NCBI GenBank assembly: GCA_949300375.1
Contig: CASGEB010000002.1
Coordinates: 1,816-65,815 of the forward strand
Source of the DNA: an uncultured Pseudomonadota bacterium
Lineage (GTDB): Bacteria > Pseudomonadota > Alphaproteobacteria > RF32 > CAG-239
Reading direction: 5' to 3'
Length of the DNA stretch: 64,000 nucleotides
The position numbers and the translations under genes are program-made. Shown one piece after another: positions 1 through 10,203 of the stretch. Each line of letters begins with the position of its first letter. The stretch's first letter is position 1. The notes below the pieces were generated by a model that had not been told where the DNA came from, made no database searches, and worked only from the letters and a program-made list of their open reading frames with translations.

Positions 1-1467
1 AAAATCTCCGGCAATGTTCAGGGCGGCTTAACGGCCGAGGCGGCTATCGAGCGCGCTTATGAAGATATGTGGAACCGGCTTTCCGCCACCACCGATGCCT
101 ATCTGAAAGAACGCCTGCACGACCTGCGAGATGTGTCAGACCGCCTTCAGTCTTATTTGAGCGGCGATTTCGGCACGATTGAAAAGGTTGACGCCAATGA
201 CATTATCGTCGTGGCTCAGACGATGGGGCCGGCAGATTTGATGGATTATGATTATACCAAAATCCGCGGTTTGATAATTGAAGACGGCACGCCGACCATG
301 CATGTGGCAATCGTAGCCAGGGCTTTGGGGATTCCGGTTGTTGCCAAGATAAAAGGCATTTTTGAAGAAATCAAAACCGGCGAACTGGTTGCCGTTGACG
401 GAAATGACGGCTATGTTTACCGTAATCCGTCGCAGCAGGTGCAGGAAAAATTCAAAGCGAAAATTCTGGAAAAGCAGAAACTGCAGCAAAAGCTTTCGGA
501 ACTGCGCACCAAGCCGTCGGAAACGCTGGACGGCGTAAAAATCAGCCTTTACATTAATGTCGGTCTTTCTTTTGATTTGGATTACATTGAATCGACAAAC
601 TGCGACGGAATAGGTCTGTACCGGACGGAAATACCGTTTATGGCGTCGGAGAATATGCCTGATGTTGAAAGACAGGTCGGCTACTACCGCGAACTAATGG
701 ACAAAGCCGGCGGCCGCAAGGTGATTTTCCGCAGCCTGGATGTGGGGTCGGACAAGCTTCTTCCTTACTGGAGCAATATGGGCGAAGAAAATCCGGCCAT
801 CGGCTGGCGTTCGATTCGCATCACGTTGGACCGCCGGGCGATTTTGCGCAAGCAGGTCAGAGCTTTTTTAAGAGCTGCCGCCGGCAAGGAATTAAACGTT
901 ATGTTTCCGATGATCTCCAACTTGAGCGAATTTGAAGAAGCCCGGGAGACGCTTATGCTGGAATTGGAAAAAGAAAAACGCAAGGGGCGTGAGGTGCCGG
1001 AAAAAGTCAATGTCGGGCTGATGATTGAGGTTCCCGCCATTGTTTTTCAGCTGGATGAGATTCTTCCCAAAGCCGATTTTATCTCTATCGGAACCAACGA
1101 TCTGGCACAGTTTGTTTTTGCCTGCGACCGCGGCAATCCGCGTCTGACCGAGCGTTATGATGTTTTGTCGGGGCCGTTTTTGAGCATGATGGAATTAATC
1201 GTGAGCAAAGCTGCCAAATACGGCGTATATTGTTCCGTCTGCGGCGAAATGGCCGGCAGTCCGATTGAGGCAATGGCGTTAATTGGACTGGGATACCGCA
1301 ATCTTTCAATGTCCGGTTCTTCTTTCGGCCGTGTAAAAAGTATGGTGCGAAGTTTGAATGTTTCGGAAGTCTCGGATTATGTCCGGATGCTGCTGAAATC
1401 GGGCAAGAAAAGCGTCCGTCCGCAATTAATATCCTATGCCTATGATCACGGTATTGAAATCTATTAA
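1..1467 (+). CDS. ptsI: Phosphoenolpyruvate-protein phosphotransferase (PTS enzyme I); 5' end lies outside the window
   Basis: Reading frame is open from base 1. PEP-utilising mobile His domain (TPTMHVAIVARALGIPVV) and C-terminal TIM-barrel motifs (GTNDLAQF, CGEMAG) are present. Confidence 0.88.
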   Translation, partial: KISGNVQGGLTAEAAIERAYEDMWNRLSATTDAYLKERLHDLRDVSDRLQSYLSGDFGTIEKVDANDIIVVAQTMGPADLMDYDYTKIRGLIIEDGTPTMHVAIVARALGIPVVAKIKGIFEEIKTGELVAVDGNDGYVYRNPSQQVQEKFKAKILEKQKLQQKLSELRTKPSETLDGVKISLYINVGLSFDLDYIESTNCDGIGLYRTEIPFMASENMPDVERQVGYYRELMDKAGGRKVIFRSLDVGSDKLLPYWSNMGEENPAIGWRSIRITLDRRAILRKQVRAFLRAAAGKELNVMFPMISNLSEFEEARETLMLELEKEKRKGREVPEKVNVGLMIEVPAIVFQLDEILPKADFISIGTNDLAQFVFACDRGNPRLTERYDVLSGPFLSMMELIVSKAAKYGVYCSVCGEMAGSPIEAMALIGLGYRNLSMSGSSFGRVKSMVRSLNVSEVSDYVRMLLKSGKKSVRPQLISYAYDHGIEIY

Positions 1468-1513
1468 AAAATGTGCAACAATCAACCAAATTCACCAACA
1501 AGAGGATAAAGTT

Positions 1514-2563
1514 GTGACCGAAGAAATCAAAAAAGAAGAAAAAGCTGCCGAAAAAGGAGAAAAACCTGAGACAGCTCAACCCGCGGAAGATAAAATCGGC
1601 GGAATCTTAAAACAGGCGCGCCTCGGCAAAGGCAAAAAAATTCAGGATGTCGCGCAGGTTTTGTGCATCCGCAAGGCTTATCTTGAGGCAATTGAGGCCA
1701 ATGATTATGAAAAAATCCCCCCGTTTCCGTACGGTATCGGCTTTATCCGCTCCTATGCCGATTATCTGGGGTTGAACAGTTCATTGATTATTCAAAAATA
1801 TAAAGAAGAAACTGAACCGGAATCTGCCGAAAATGAAAACGCCGGCTATGTTCCAGAACCTCAGGCCGAAGCGGCTGTTCCGGGCAAAAAATATCTGACC
1901 ATCAGCTTGCTGGCCGTCATTGCCGTATATGCGGCATGGCATTTTTACAGCAGCTACAAGAGCCTGCCGGAAAATGCTGCGTCGGACGTTGAAAAAGAAA
2001 GTATCAGCGACGAGACTGCCGCGGATGAAAGTCAGTATCCGCTTGTGGTTGAAGATTTTTCAATGAATGAAGGGGATTCTTCTGCTCCGGTTTCGCAAGA
2101 AGAAAATCTGCCGGTTATTGAACCGGCTCCGGTTGAAGAAAGTGCCCAGGTCAGCGTAACCGATGCCTCTTTTGAAGAAGAACCCGCTGCCGCGCCGCAA
2201 TCAGAGCCTGAAATTTCTGAGCCTGCCGCACCGGTTGCTGAAACAGCTCCGGCCGCAGAATCCGTTCAAGAATCAAAAGCTGCAGCCAAGCCTGCAGCTC
2301 CGGGAAAATCGAATATTGTTTTTGAGATAAAAAAAGAAACATGGATTGAGGTTAAGACGGCAGACAAGCTTTATTTGAGCAAAGTTTTGTATGCCGGCGA
2401 TTCTTATACGCTTCCCAAAGCCAAAGGTCTGATAGTATCTGTCGGGCGCTTTGACGGGGTAGAAACCTTTATTGACGGCGAACCGGTAGATTTTCTGCCC
2501 AAAGACCGCAAAATGAACATTGACCTGGAAGCCGCTTTGGCAAAAGTCAACCGGACGCTTTAG
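1514..2563 (+). CDS. rodZ: RodZ-like cytoskeleton protein (HTH_XRE domain, one TM segment, Pro/Glu/Ala-rich linker, DUF4115-like C-terminus)
   Basis: GTG start with AGAGGA ribosome-binding site. HTH (IQDVAQVLCIRKAYLEAIE), TM segment LTISLLAVIAVYAAW, low-complexity PA-rich linker, conserved C-terminal beta domain. Sits just upstream of ispG as in many Proteobacteria. Confidence 0.7.
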   Translation: MTEEIKKEEKAAEKGEKPETAQPAEDKIGGILKQARLGKGKKIQDVAQVLCIRKAYLEAIEANDYEKIPPFPYGIGFIRSYADYLGLNSSLIIQKYKEETEPESAENENAGYVPEPQAEAAVPGKKYLTISLLAVIAVYAAWHFYSSYKSLPENAASDVEKESISDETAADESQYPLVVEDFSMNEGDSSAPVSQEENLPVIEPAPVEESAQVSVTDASFEEEPAAAPQSEPEISEPAAPVAETAPAAESVQESKAAAKPAAPGKSNIVFEIKKETWIEVKTADKLYLSKVLYAGDSYTLPKAKGLIVSVGRFDGVETFIDGEPVDFLPKDRKMNIDLEAALAKVNRTL

Positions 2564-2643
2564 ACGATAAAAGGACTAATTAAGAAAATAGCTGGCCTCT
2601 GGTAAGCTATTTTCTTTTGTTTTTACAATAAGGAAGAACGAAA

Positions 2644-3723
2644 ATGACAAATCATACTCCGCAAATTATCCGCCGCAAATCGCGCAAAATTATGGTCGGA
2701 AAGGTTGCCGTCGGCGGTGATGCCCCGATAACGGTACAGTCAATGACCAATACGCTGACCTCGGATATTAAGGCCACGATTGAGCAAATTCAGCGTCAGG
2801 AAGCCGTTGGCTGCGACATTACCCGCTGCTCCTGCCCGGATGAAGATTCTGCCCGTGCGTTGAAAGAAATCACCAAGGCCGTAAGCATTCCGGTTGTCGC
2901 CGATATCCATTTTGATTACCGGCTGGGAATTTTGGCGGCGGAAAACGGTGCGGCCTGCCTGCGGATTAATCCCGGAAACATTGGCGGAGCGGATCGGGTT
3001 AAAGCGGTTGTAAAGGCGGCCAAAGATTACGGCTGTTCGATTCGTATCGGCGTCAACGGCGGTTCGCTCGACAAACGCCTGTTGGAAAAATACGGCGAAC
3101 CCTGTGCCGATGCTTTGGTAGAGAGTGCCTTGGAACAGGCCAAAATGCTGGAGGACAATGATTTTCGCGAATTTAAAATCAGTGTCAAATCGTCCGATAC
3201 GCTGATGATGATTGATGCTTATAAAAAACTGGCGGCAGCCTGCGATTACCCGTTGCATTTGGGCGTTACCGAAGCCGGCGGCCTGCGTACCGGCACAATT
3301 AAGTCGGCAATGGGTATCGGAGCTTTGTTGATGGCCGGTATCGGCGATACGTTGCGGGTTTCTCTGACTGCGGATGTGGAAGAGGAAGTCAAGGCCGGTT
3401 TTGAAATCCTGAAAGCGCTGGATTTGCGCCACCGCGGCATTCGCATTATCTCTTGTCCGACTTGCGCCCGCCGCGGTTATGATGTGCAAAAAACGGTTGA
3501 AACTTTGGAAAAGCGGCTGTCCCACATTGCCAAACCGTTGACTTTGGCTGTAATGGGCTGCGTGGTTAACGGCCCGGGCGAAGCCGGACATGCCGATTTT
3601 GGCGTCTGCGGCGGCAAAGGCGGCGATAATATGATTTTTGTTGACGGCAAGCCCTCTCATAAGGTAAAAAGTGAAAACATTGTCGACGAATTGGTTCGTC
3701 TGGTCGAAAGTAAAGTTGGTTAG
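2644..3723 (+). CDS. ispG: 4-hydroxy-3-methylbut-2-enyl diphosphate synthase IspG (GcpE)
   Basis: Full-length ORF. N-terminal TIM-barrel motifs ([15 protein letters not shown]) and C-terminal Fe-S Cys motif (SCPTCARR...[10 protein letters not shown]). Confidence 0.93.
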   Translation: MTNHTPQIIRRKSRKIMVGKVAVGGDAPITVQSMTNTLTSDIKATIEQIQRQEAVGCDITRCSCPDEDSARALKEITKAVSIPVVADIHFDYRLGILAAENGAACLRINPGNIGGADRVKAVVKAAKDYGCSIRIGVNGGSLDKRLLEKYGEPCADALVESALEQAKMLEDNDFREFKISVKSSDTLMMIDAYKKLAAACDYPLHLGVTEAGGLRTGTIKSAMGIGALLMAGIGDTLRVSLTADVEEEVKAGFEILKALDLRHRGIRIISCPTCARRGYDVQKTVETLEKRLSHIAKPLTLAVMGCVVNGPGEAGHADFGVCGGKGGDNMIFVDGKPSHKVKSENIVDELVRLVESKVG

Positions 3724-3735
3724 GAAAAGAAAAAT

Positions 3736-4809
3736 ATGAATTTTGCAGAAAAACTCGCTAATGTGGTTAATCGTTACGATGAGTTGGAGGCTCTGGTCGT
3801 CAGTCCCGGATTAAGTTCCGATGAGCTGGTGAAAATGAACAAGGAGATTTCACAACTGGCGCCGGTTGTTGAAAAAATCCGCAATTATAACCATGCCGAG
3901 GCCAATATGAACGATGCCAAAGCGATGATGGAAGATTCTTCGCTTGACAAAGAAATGCGCGAAATGGCCGAAGCCGAGTTTTATGAACTGAAAGAAAAAC
4001 TCCCCAAGTTGGAAAAAGAAATCAAAATTGCCCTGCTGCCGAAAGACGAAGACGACGAGAAAAATGCGATTCTTGAGGTTCGTGCCGGAACTGGCGGGGA
4101 TGAGGCTGCCTTGTTTGCCGCCGTTCTGTTTGAAATGTATCAGCGTTATTCTGCAAAACAGGGCTGGAAATTTGAGATTCTTGATGCCGATGAAAACGGC
4201 TTGGGCGGCTATAAGCAGGCCTCGGCGAAGATTACCGGCAAAGACGTTTTTGCAAAATTAAAATTTGAATCCGGCGCCCACCGTGTTCAGCGCGTTCCGG
4301 TAACGGAATCCCAGGGGCGCGTTCATACTTCCGCCGCCACGGTAGCCGTTTTGCCGGAAATTGAAGAAGTCGATATGTATATCAATCCGGCAGATTTGAA
4401 GATTGATGTCTATCGTGCTTCCGGTGCCGGCGGACAGCACGTCAACCGGACGGAATCCGCGGTTCGCATTACCCATATTCCGACTGGTGTTGTCGTTCAG
4501 TGCCAGGATGACCGTTCGCAGTTTAAGAATAAGGAAAAAGCCATGAACCACCTGCGGGCAAAATTGTATGATATGCAAAAAGAAAGCATTGATTCTGCTT
4601 ATTCTGAAAAACGCAAACTGCAAATCGGCAGCGGCGACCGCAGCGAAAGGATTCGCACTTATAACTACCCGCAGGGACGCGTAACCGACCACCGGATTAA
4701 CCTAACGCTGTACAAGCTGGATGAGGTTGTTTCCGGCGATGCGCTGGATGAGATTATTGATGCGCTGGTAATGGAAGATCAGGCGCAGCGTCTGGCCGAA
4801 CTGGATTAA
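3736..4809 (+). CDS. prfA: Peptide chain release factor 1
   Basis: GGQ motif (SGAGGQHVNRTESAVRITH) and PVT tripeptide (RF1-type stop codon recognition). Confidence 0.93.
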   Translation: MNFAEKLANVVNRYDELEALVVSPGLSSDELVKMNKEISQLAPVVEKIRNYNHAEANMNDAKAMMEDSSLDKEMREMAEAEFYELKEKLPKLEKEIKIALLPKDEDDEKNAILEVRAGTGGDEAALFAAVLFEMYQRYSAKQGWKFEILDADENGLGGYKQASAKITGKDVFAKLKFESGAHRVQRVPVTESQGRVHTSAATVAVLPEIEEVDMYINPADLKIDVYRASGAGGQHVNRTESAVRITHIPTGVVVQCQDDRSQFKNKEKAMNHLRAKLYDMQKESIDSAYSEKRKLQIGSGDRSERIRTYNYPQGRVTDHRINLTLYKLDEVVSGDALDEIIDALVMEDQAQRLAELD

Positions 4810-4866
4810 GCAGCTTTTCTCCGGGGCAGTGCGGGACTCAGGGTATCGTATAAGCTGACGCCTCCC

Positions 4867-5077
4867 TGCTGGGTGCGCAGCATAAACTGAGCGCCGCCGA
4901 CGTTGAGCCGCGCCTGCCGTGCAGGTCATCCCCGGGCATCGACCCGGGGATTCATCCTTCAAAGCACAATATCACCCATAAACCCCGCCATAGCAACGCG
5001 GGTCTCTTTAGCACTGCATAAACTGATGCCTCACCCGCCGGGTGCGCCGCGCGCCTGCCGTGCAGGTCATCACCCGG
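4867..5077. repeat. Intergenic repeat cluster: a 22-bp perfect direct repeat CGCGCCTGCCGTGCAGGTCATC (two copies), two partial copies of GCATAAACTGA, and a CCCCGGG..CCCGGGG palindrome
   Basis: Seen directly at about 4880-4930 and 5015-5071, with a GC-rich hairpin at about 4929-4952. No coding potential. REP- or MITE-like. Confidence 0.6.
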
Positions 5078-5104
5078 AGCCAAAAAAGGAGATGGCTAAA
5101 ACAA

Positions 5105-5647
5105 TTACTGACAGCGGAAATACATATAGTCGCGGTCATCGGCATCTTCGTAGCAACTATGGAAGTCCAATAAACAGCCCTGAGCCTCATAAGAGGCGAT
5201 AACATCACTACAATCGTCAAATCCCCAATAACTCTTACATACCGAATAGTTGCTGCAATAGCGCCCGGTATTATCACAGCATTCGAAATATTGTCCGCTT
5301 AAATTATTCTTACACGTCCCGTTACTGCACGTCTGCCCGCTTGAGCATTTGGAAGAACCGCAGGATTGGTAATAAGTTACGCCGTTTCTGACGCAGGAGG
5401 AAGAACCGACATTTTGGCAGTTAGCCGCACAGCTTTCGGCAGTGTAAGTATAATTGCAGGTTTGCGGATTGAAACAAAAATATTTGCTGGTATCAAACGG
5501 ACATTTAACGCCGCCGTTCGGACATTCTTCGGCAGTATATATGTATCCCATAGTTTCACAATCCGGCGTTTGGGTGCAGGCCGCTAAGGCATAACCGGAA
5601 GTAAGAGCGGTGCAGCATAAGACGCTCCCCAAAATATATTGTTTCAT
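5105..5647 (-). CDS. Cysteine-rich secreted lipoprotein of about 180 aa (lipobox L-A-A-C), function unknown
   Basis: Internal ATG preceded by a GGGAGAGG ribosome-binding site. Signal peptide MKQYILGSVLCCTALTSGYALAAC. About 30 Cys spread across a Gly/Ser/Thr/Asn-rich mature region. Confidence 0.55.
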   Translation of the reverse strand: MKQYILGSVLCCTALTSGYALAACTQTPDCETMGYIYTAEECPNGGVKCPFDTSKYFCFNPQTCNYTYTAESCAANCQNVGSSSCVRNGVTYYQSCGSSKCSSGQTCSNGTCKNNLSGQYFECCDNTGRYCSNYSVCKSYWGFDDCSDVIASYEAQGCLLDFHSCYEDADDRDYMYFRCQ

Positions 5648-5861
5648 CAAACCTCTCCCGTCAAAACAAACACATAGGGATACTATACCACACCTCAAAC
5701 TAATAGTCAACATATAATGAAAAGTATGACGGGAATTTTGGCTAAGAAATCCGGTATAAACCAAAATAAAACCGCGCCTGTTGATATTTTAAAACCTGCG
5801 CTTTTTTTTATTGAGTCCGTCCGTTAAAATCGCTATTATCTGAGCAAGGAATTTATAATAA

Positions 5862-8800
5862 ATGTCAGAACCGAAATTTGTACATCTGCGGGTGCATACC
5901 GCTTATTCTCTGTCTGAGGGCGCAATGCTTGTACCCAAACTTATCCATCGGCTTCATGATGAGGGCGTGGCGGCGATTGCCGTAACCGATACGGCCAATA
6001 TTTTCGGCGGAAAAGCTTTTTCCAAATATGCTTCTGATGAAGGGGTTAAACCGATTCTCGGTTCTCAGTTCTATCTGCGCAATCCCGATTCGCAGGATTT
6101 GCTCAAATGCAAAGGAAAAATCGTCGAACCGGATAAAATTGTCTTGTTGGTTATGAATGCCGAGGGGTATGGCAATATTATGCACCTGATGAAACGGGCT
6201 TATCTTGATTTGCCGAACCCGCAGGAAAAACCGCAGATTACCATGGCAGATCTGGAAAAATTCAATGCCGGACTGATTATGCTGACCGGCGGCGTTGAAG
6301 GCCCGATTGGCCGGCTGCTGCTGGAAAACCGCGCGCCGGAGGCAGAAAGCACACTGCAGGAACTGCAAAAATATTTCGGCGACCGCTTATATATGGAAAT
6401 AGCCCGTATCGGCCTGGAAGAAGAACAAAAGACGGAAGATACGTTTATCGATTTGGCCTATAAATATAATATTCCGCTGGTTGCAACCAACGAGGCTTTC
6501 TTTTTTGATACCGATATGTACGAGGCGCACGATGCGCTGGTTTGTATTGCCGCGGGTGAAGTCGTTGCCAACCCGAACCGCAAACGTTTTTCTCCGAACA
6601 ACCGCCTGCGCTCGCAGGAAGAAATGGTCGAACTGTTCAAAGACCTGCCGGAAGCGGTGCAAAATACCGTGAACATTGCCATTCGCTGCAATTATCTTTC
6701 TTCAAAAGTCAACCCGCTGCTGCCGATTTTTGAATGTCCGGACGGCAAAACCCAGGATGACTATATTGACGAACAGGCGCATTTGGGACTGCGCAAACGT
6801 ATGGAAGCCACGGTTTATACGCCGGAGATGACGGAAGAAGAACGCAAGAAAATTGATGAAGAATATTACGCCCGCCTGGAATATGAGTTAAGCGTCATCA
6901 AAAAAATGGGTTTCCCGGGATATTTTCTCATCGTGTCGGACTTTATCCAATGGTCAAAAGACCACGGCGTTCCCGTCGGGCCGGGACGAGGTTCCGGTGC
7001 CGGTTCAATTGTTGCCTGGTCGCTCCGGATTACCGACTTGGATCCGATAAAATTAAACCTGCTGTTTGAACGTTTCTTAAACCCGGAACGTGTCAATATG
7101 CCGGACTTCGACGTTGACTTCTGTCAGGAAAACCGCAGCAAAACAATCGAATATGTTCAAAAAAAATACGGCTATGACCATGTCGCGCAAATTATTACTT
7201 ACGGTAAACTGCAGTCAAAAGCGGTAATCCGCGATGTTGCCCGCGTTTTGCAAATGCCTTATTCTCAGGCTGACCGTATCAGTAAAATGATTCCGCCCGG
7301 CGTTCAGGGCAAAAACCCGACCCTGCAGGAATCTCTCGATCAGGTGCCTGAATTGGAAGAAATGCGCGTTAACGACCCGCAGGTCAACAAGCTTTTTGAC
7401 ATTGCCATGAAATTGGAGGGCTTGTACCGCCATTCCGGCGTGCATGCCGCCGGCGTGGTTATCGGCGACCGGCCGTTGGAAGAACTGACGCCGCTGTATA
7501 AAGATCCGCGTTCCGATATGCCGGTTACCCAGTACGATATGAAGTTTGTTGAAGAAACCGGCCTGATTAAGTTTGACTTCTTGGGCTTAAAAACCCTCAC
7601 TGTCATTCAGCGCGCCGTCGACTGGGTAAAAAAGGATCATGGCGTTGAATTGATAATGAGTGATATCCCGCTTGATGACAAGCCGACCTACGAGCTGATG
7701 CAGCGCGGCGACACAATCGGCGTATTCCAGTTTGAATCTGCCGGTATGCAGGATGTCCATAAACAAATCAAACCGGACCGTTTTGAAGATCTTATCGCTA
7801 TCGTGTCTTTGTACCGTCCGGGACCGATGGACAACATTCCAAGCTATATCCGCCGCAAACACGGTGAAGAAGAGATAACCTACCTTCACCCGGATCTTGC
7901 GCCGATTCTTGATGAAACTTACGGCATTATGGTTTATCAGGAACAGGTTATGAAAATCGCGCAGGCTTTGGGCGGTTATACGATGGGCGGCGCGGATAAG
8001 CTGCGTAAGGTTATGGGTAAAAAAATGCGCGACGAAATTCCGAAACAGCGCAAAATGTTTACCGAAGGCGCGGTTGCCAAAGGAATTGACGCTGATGTTG
8101 CCACCAAAATTTTTGACCAGATGGAAAAATTTGCGTCTTACGGTTTTAACAAGTCTCACGCCGCGGCCTATTCGCTGATTTCATACCAGACGGCTTATCT
8201 GAAAGCGCATTATCCGGTTGAGTTTATGTGCGCCATTATGGCTTTTGATATCACCAATACCGACAAGCTGCTTTTTTACAAAGAAGAATGTAAAAAAATG
8301 GGCATTAAGGTCTTGCAGCCGGACATTAACAAATCCGGCGCCGACTTTACGGTGGAAGACGGCAATATCCGCTATGCGCTGGCCGCGATTAAAGGCGTGG
8401 GCATGGCCAATATGAAAGTGATTGAAGAGATTCGCGAACAGGGCGGCCCGTTTAAGGATATCTCTGATTTCATCCACCGGATGCCGCTGGCCAACAGCAA
8501 CCGCCGTCAGTTGGAAAATATGATTAAGGCCGGTGCTTTTGACTGCCTGGAGAAGAACCGCGGCAAACTTTTTGCCAATGTTGATACGATTATGCAGCAT
8601 ATTTCTTCCGCCAATGAGCTGAAAACCAGCTCGCAGTCTTCTCTGTTCGGAACGGAAGAACTCCAGTCGAAAGTCAAATTGGCGGAAAAGCCCGATTGGC
8701 CGGAATTGGAAAAACTCAAACTCGAAGCCGAGGCCGTAGGCTTTTATCTCTCGGCGCATCCGTTGGACAGCTATCGTTCCGGCATGGAGCGTTTGGGCGT

Positions 8801-9332
8801 TAAGAACTGTGCGGAAGTTATGGGCGGCGTAAAAGTCGGAGATACCGTTCGCGCCAAACTGGCCGGCTGCGTCAGTACTTTTCAAAAACGCATCAGCAAA
8901 AACGGCAACAAATACGCTTTTCTCGGTCTGTCGGATGCATCCAGCGGTTTTGAAGGGATTTTATTCTCAGACCTGCTTGCCAAATATGAGGACACAATCA
9001 ATTCAGGGCTGCCGCTTTTGGTCGGCGTAACGGTTGAAAAGCAGGAAGAGGGAGCCAACCCGCGGGTTATGATTAACTCTGTCGAAACCTTGGATCAGGC
9101 AATCGCCGACGGAGTAAACGGGCTGGTTATCGGCCTGAACAGCGTTGAGGCCGTCGCTCCGTTGAAAGAAATTCTGCGCCATGATAGAAACGGCGTAAAT
9201 AAGATATATTTAAAACCGGAAAACAACGACTGGGATATCCGTATTGAACTGGCGGGAGGCTACGCTTTTGCCAATGATATTTTGAGCAAAATCCGCGGAC
9301 TCCCGGGTGTTTCTTATGTAAAGGAGCTGTAA
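5862..9332 (+). CDS. dnaE: DNA polymerase III alpha subunit
   Basis: 1156 aa. PHP domain at the N-terminus (HLRVHTAYS), polymerase core motifs (PDFDVDF, GLLKFDFLGL) and an OB-fold tail. Confidence 0.96.
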   Translation: MSEPKFVHLRVHTAYSLSEGAMLVPKLIHRLHDEGVAAIAVTDTANIFGGKAFSKYASDEGVKPILGSQFYLRNPDSQDLLKCKGKIVEPDKIVLLVMNAEGYGNIMHLMKRAYLDLPNPQEKPQITMADLEKFNAGLIMLTGGVEGPIGRLLLENRAPEAESTLQELQKYFGDRLYMEIARIGLEEEQKTEDTFIDLAYKYNIPLVATNEAFFFDTDMYEAHDALVCIAAGEVVANPNRKRFSPNNRLRSQEEMVELFKDLPEAVQNTVNIAIRCNYLSSKVNPLLPIFECPDGKTQDDYIDEQAHLGLRKRMEATVYTPEMTEEERKKIDEEYYARLEYELSVIKKMGFPGYFLIVSDFIQWSKDHGVPVGPGRGSGAGSIVAWSLRITDLDPIKLNLLFERFLNPERVNMPDFDVDFCQENRSKTIEYVQKKYGYDHVAQIITYGKLQSKAVIRDVARVLQMPYSQADRISKMIPPGVQGKNPTLQESLDQVPELEEMRVNDPQVNKLFDIAMKLEGLYRHSGVHAAGVVIGDRPLEELTPLYKDPRSDMPVTQYDMKFVEETGLIKFDFLGLKTLTVIQRAVDWVKKDHGVELIMSDIPLDDKPTYELMQRGDTIGVFQFESAGMQDVHKQIKPDRFEDLIAIVSLYRPGPMDNIPSYIRRKHGEEEITYLHPDLAPILDETYGIMVYQEQVMKIAQALGGYTMGGADKLRKVMGKKMRDEIPKQRKMFTEGAVAKGIDADVATKIFDQMEKFASYGFNKSHAAAYSLISYQTAYLKAHYPVEFMCAIMAFDITNTDKLLFYKEECKKMGIKVLQPDINKSGADFTVEDGNIRYALAAIKGVGMANMKVIEEIREQGGPFKDISDFIHRMPLANSNRRQLENMIKAGAFDCLEKNRGKLFANVDTIMQHISSANELKTSSQSSLFGTEELQSKVKLAEKPDWPELEKLKLEAEAVGFYLSAHPLDSYRSGMERLGVKNCAEVMGGVKVGDTVRAKLAGCVSTFQKRISKNGNKYAFLGLSDASSGFEGILFSDLLAKYEDTINSGLPLLVGVTVEKQEEGANPRVMINSVETLDQAIADGVNGLVIGLNSVEAVAPLKEILRHDRNGVNKIYLKPENNDWDIRIELAGGYAFANDILSKIRGLPGVSYVKEL

Positions 9333-9333
9333 A

Positions 9334-10203
9334 ATGGCAAATGTTTTCAACAAATTTTGTTCCTGGTTCAGCCAAAGTTGCCCGGCGGTTTCAACGGAAG
9401 ATGCCGACAGTAAAAAGTGGCCAAAATTAAAATTTTTGCCGTTGCTGTTGGATCCCTACCGTTTTTTTGTTGATTCTTTTCGGAGCTTTCTCGGGCTTGC
9501 CTTTCTGTTCGGCGGCCTGATGTCTGTTATTTCCTGTTTGTTGGGCTTTCCGTTTATCTGTGTTCTTGATAATCCGGCCGGAAATTATTTTTGTTCGTCT
9601 TCCTCAGGGCTTTATATGGCAAATTTTCTGCTCAAGCTGCTGTTGGGTATATGGTTTATTGTTTGCTACCGGCAGGTGCTGTCCGGACAAAGGCTGACTC
9701 TGCGTTTTATCTTAAAGCCCGGCCGCCGTTTTTTTAAAACGCTTTTGACTATTGTCGGCTTTTTGAGCCTGTTTGTTTTTCCGCTGATTTCTTTTTCTTA
9801 TCTGGCGGCCCGGCAGCCCAATCCGGACTGGCGGATTGAAGTTGCGGTTTTTGCCGTTTTCTTTTTTCTGTTCATTGTTCCGTTGTTTGGACTGCGGATG
9901 TTGTCATTGTTGTCATCGGCGGCTTCGGGAGAAAGCAGTTTAAAATGGCGGGAAATTTGGCGTCGGACATCGGGCGCTAATTTGAAGATTCTGATATCAT
10001 TGTTTTTTATGCTGCTGATTTTTGTATATCTGACCGGTGGTCTGTTGGGCAGCTATGCCGGGGTTGACGGCGGACATCCGCTGTATCTTGCGTTTACGTC
10101 CGAGTTTATGTACAATTTCATAATTCTGATGGTCGTTGCCTGGCTGACGGGGCTGAGTTACAGCCTGCAATTATTTTTAACGGGAGAAAAATGTAATGAA
10201 TAA
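9334..10203 (+). CDS. Polytopic membrane protein, function unknown (first of two tandem paralogs)
   Basis: At least six hydrophobic segments. Start overlaps or abuts the dnaE stop, suggesting translational coupling. Confidence 0.5.
   Translation: MANVFNKFCSWFSQSCPAVSTEDADSKKWPKLKFLPLLLDPYRFFVDSFRSFLGLAFLFGGLMSVISCLLGFPFICVLDNPAGNYFCSSSSGLYMANFLLKLLLGIWFIVCYRQVLSGQRLTLRFILKPGRRFFKTLLTIVGFLSLFVFPLISFSYLAARQPNPDWRIEVAVFAVFFFLFIVPLFGLRMLSLLSSAASGESSLKWREIWRRTSGANLKILISLFFMLLIFVYLTGGLLGSYAGVDGGHPLYLAFTSEFMYNFIILMVVAWLTGLSYSLQLFLTGEKCNE

Noticed and set aside
1436-1513. ATG start at 1436 for the rodZ-like gene, overlapping the ptsP 3' end
   Set aside because: The GTG at 1514 with an AGAGGA ribosome-binding site just after the ptsP stop gives a cleaner non-overlapping start. 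The ATG-initiated extension is a low-complexity read-through of the ptsP end.
4867-5077. Possible IS element or transposon ends at the prfA-dnaE intergenic repeats
   Set aside because: No transposase ORF or terminal inverted repeats bracket a unit. Only short direct repeats and a palindrome are present, so this is more like REP or MITE-type intergenic repeats.
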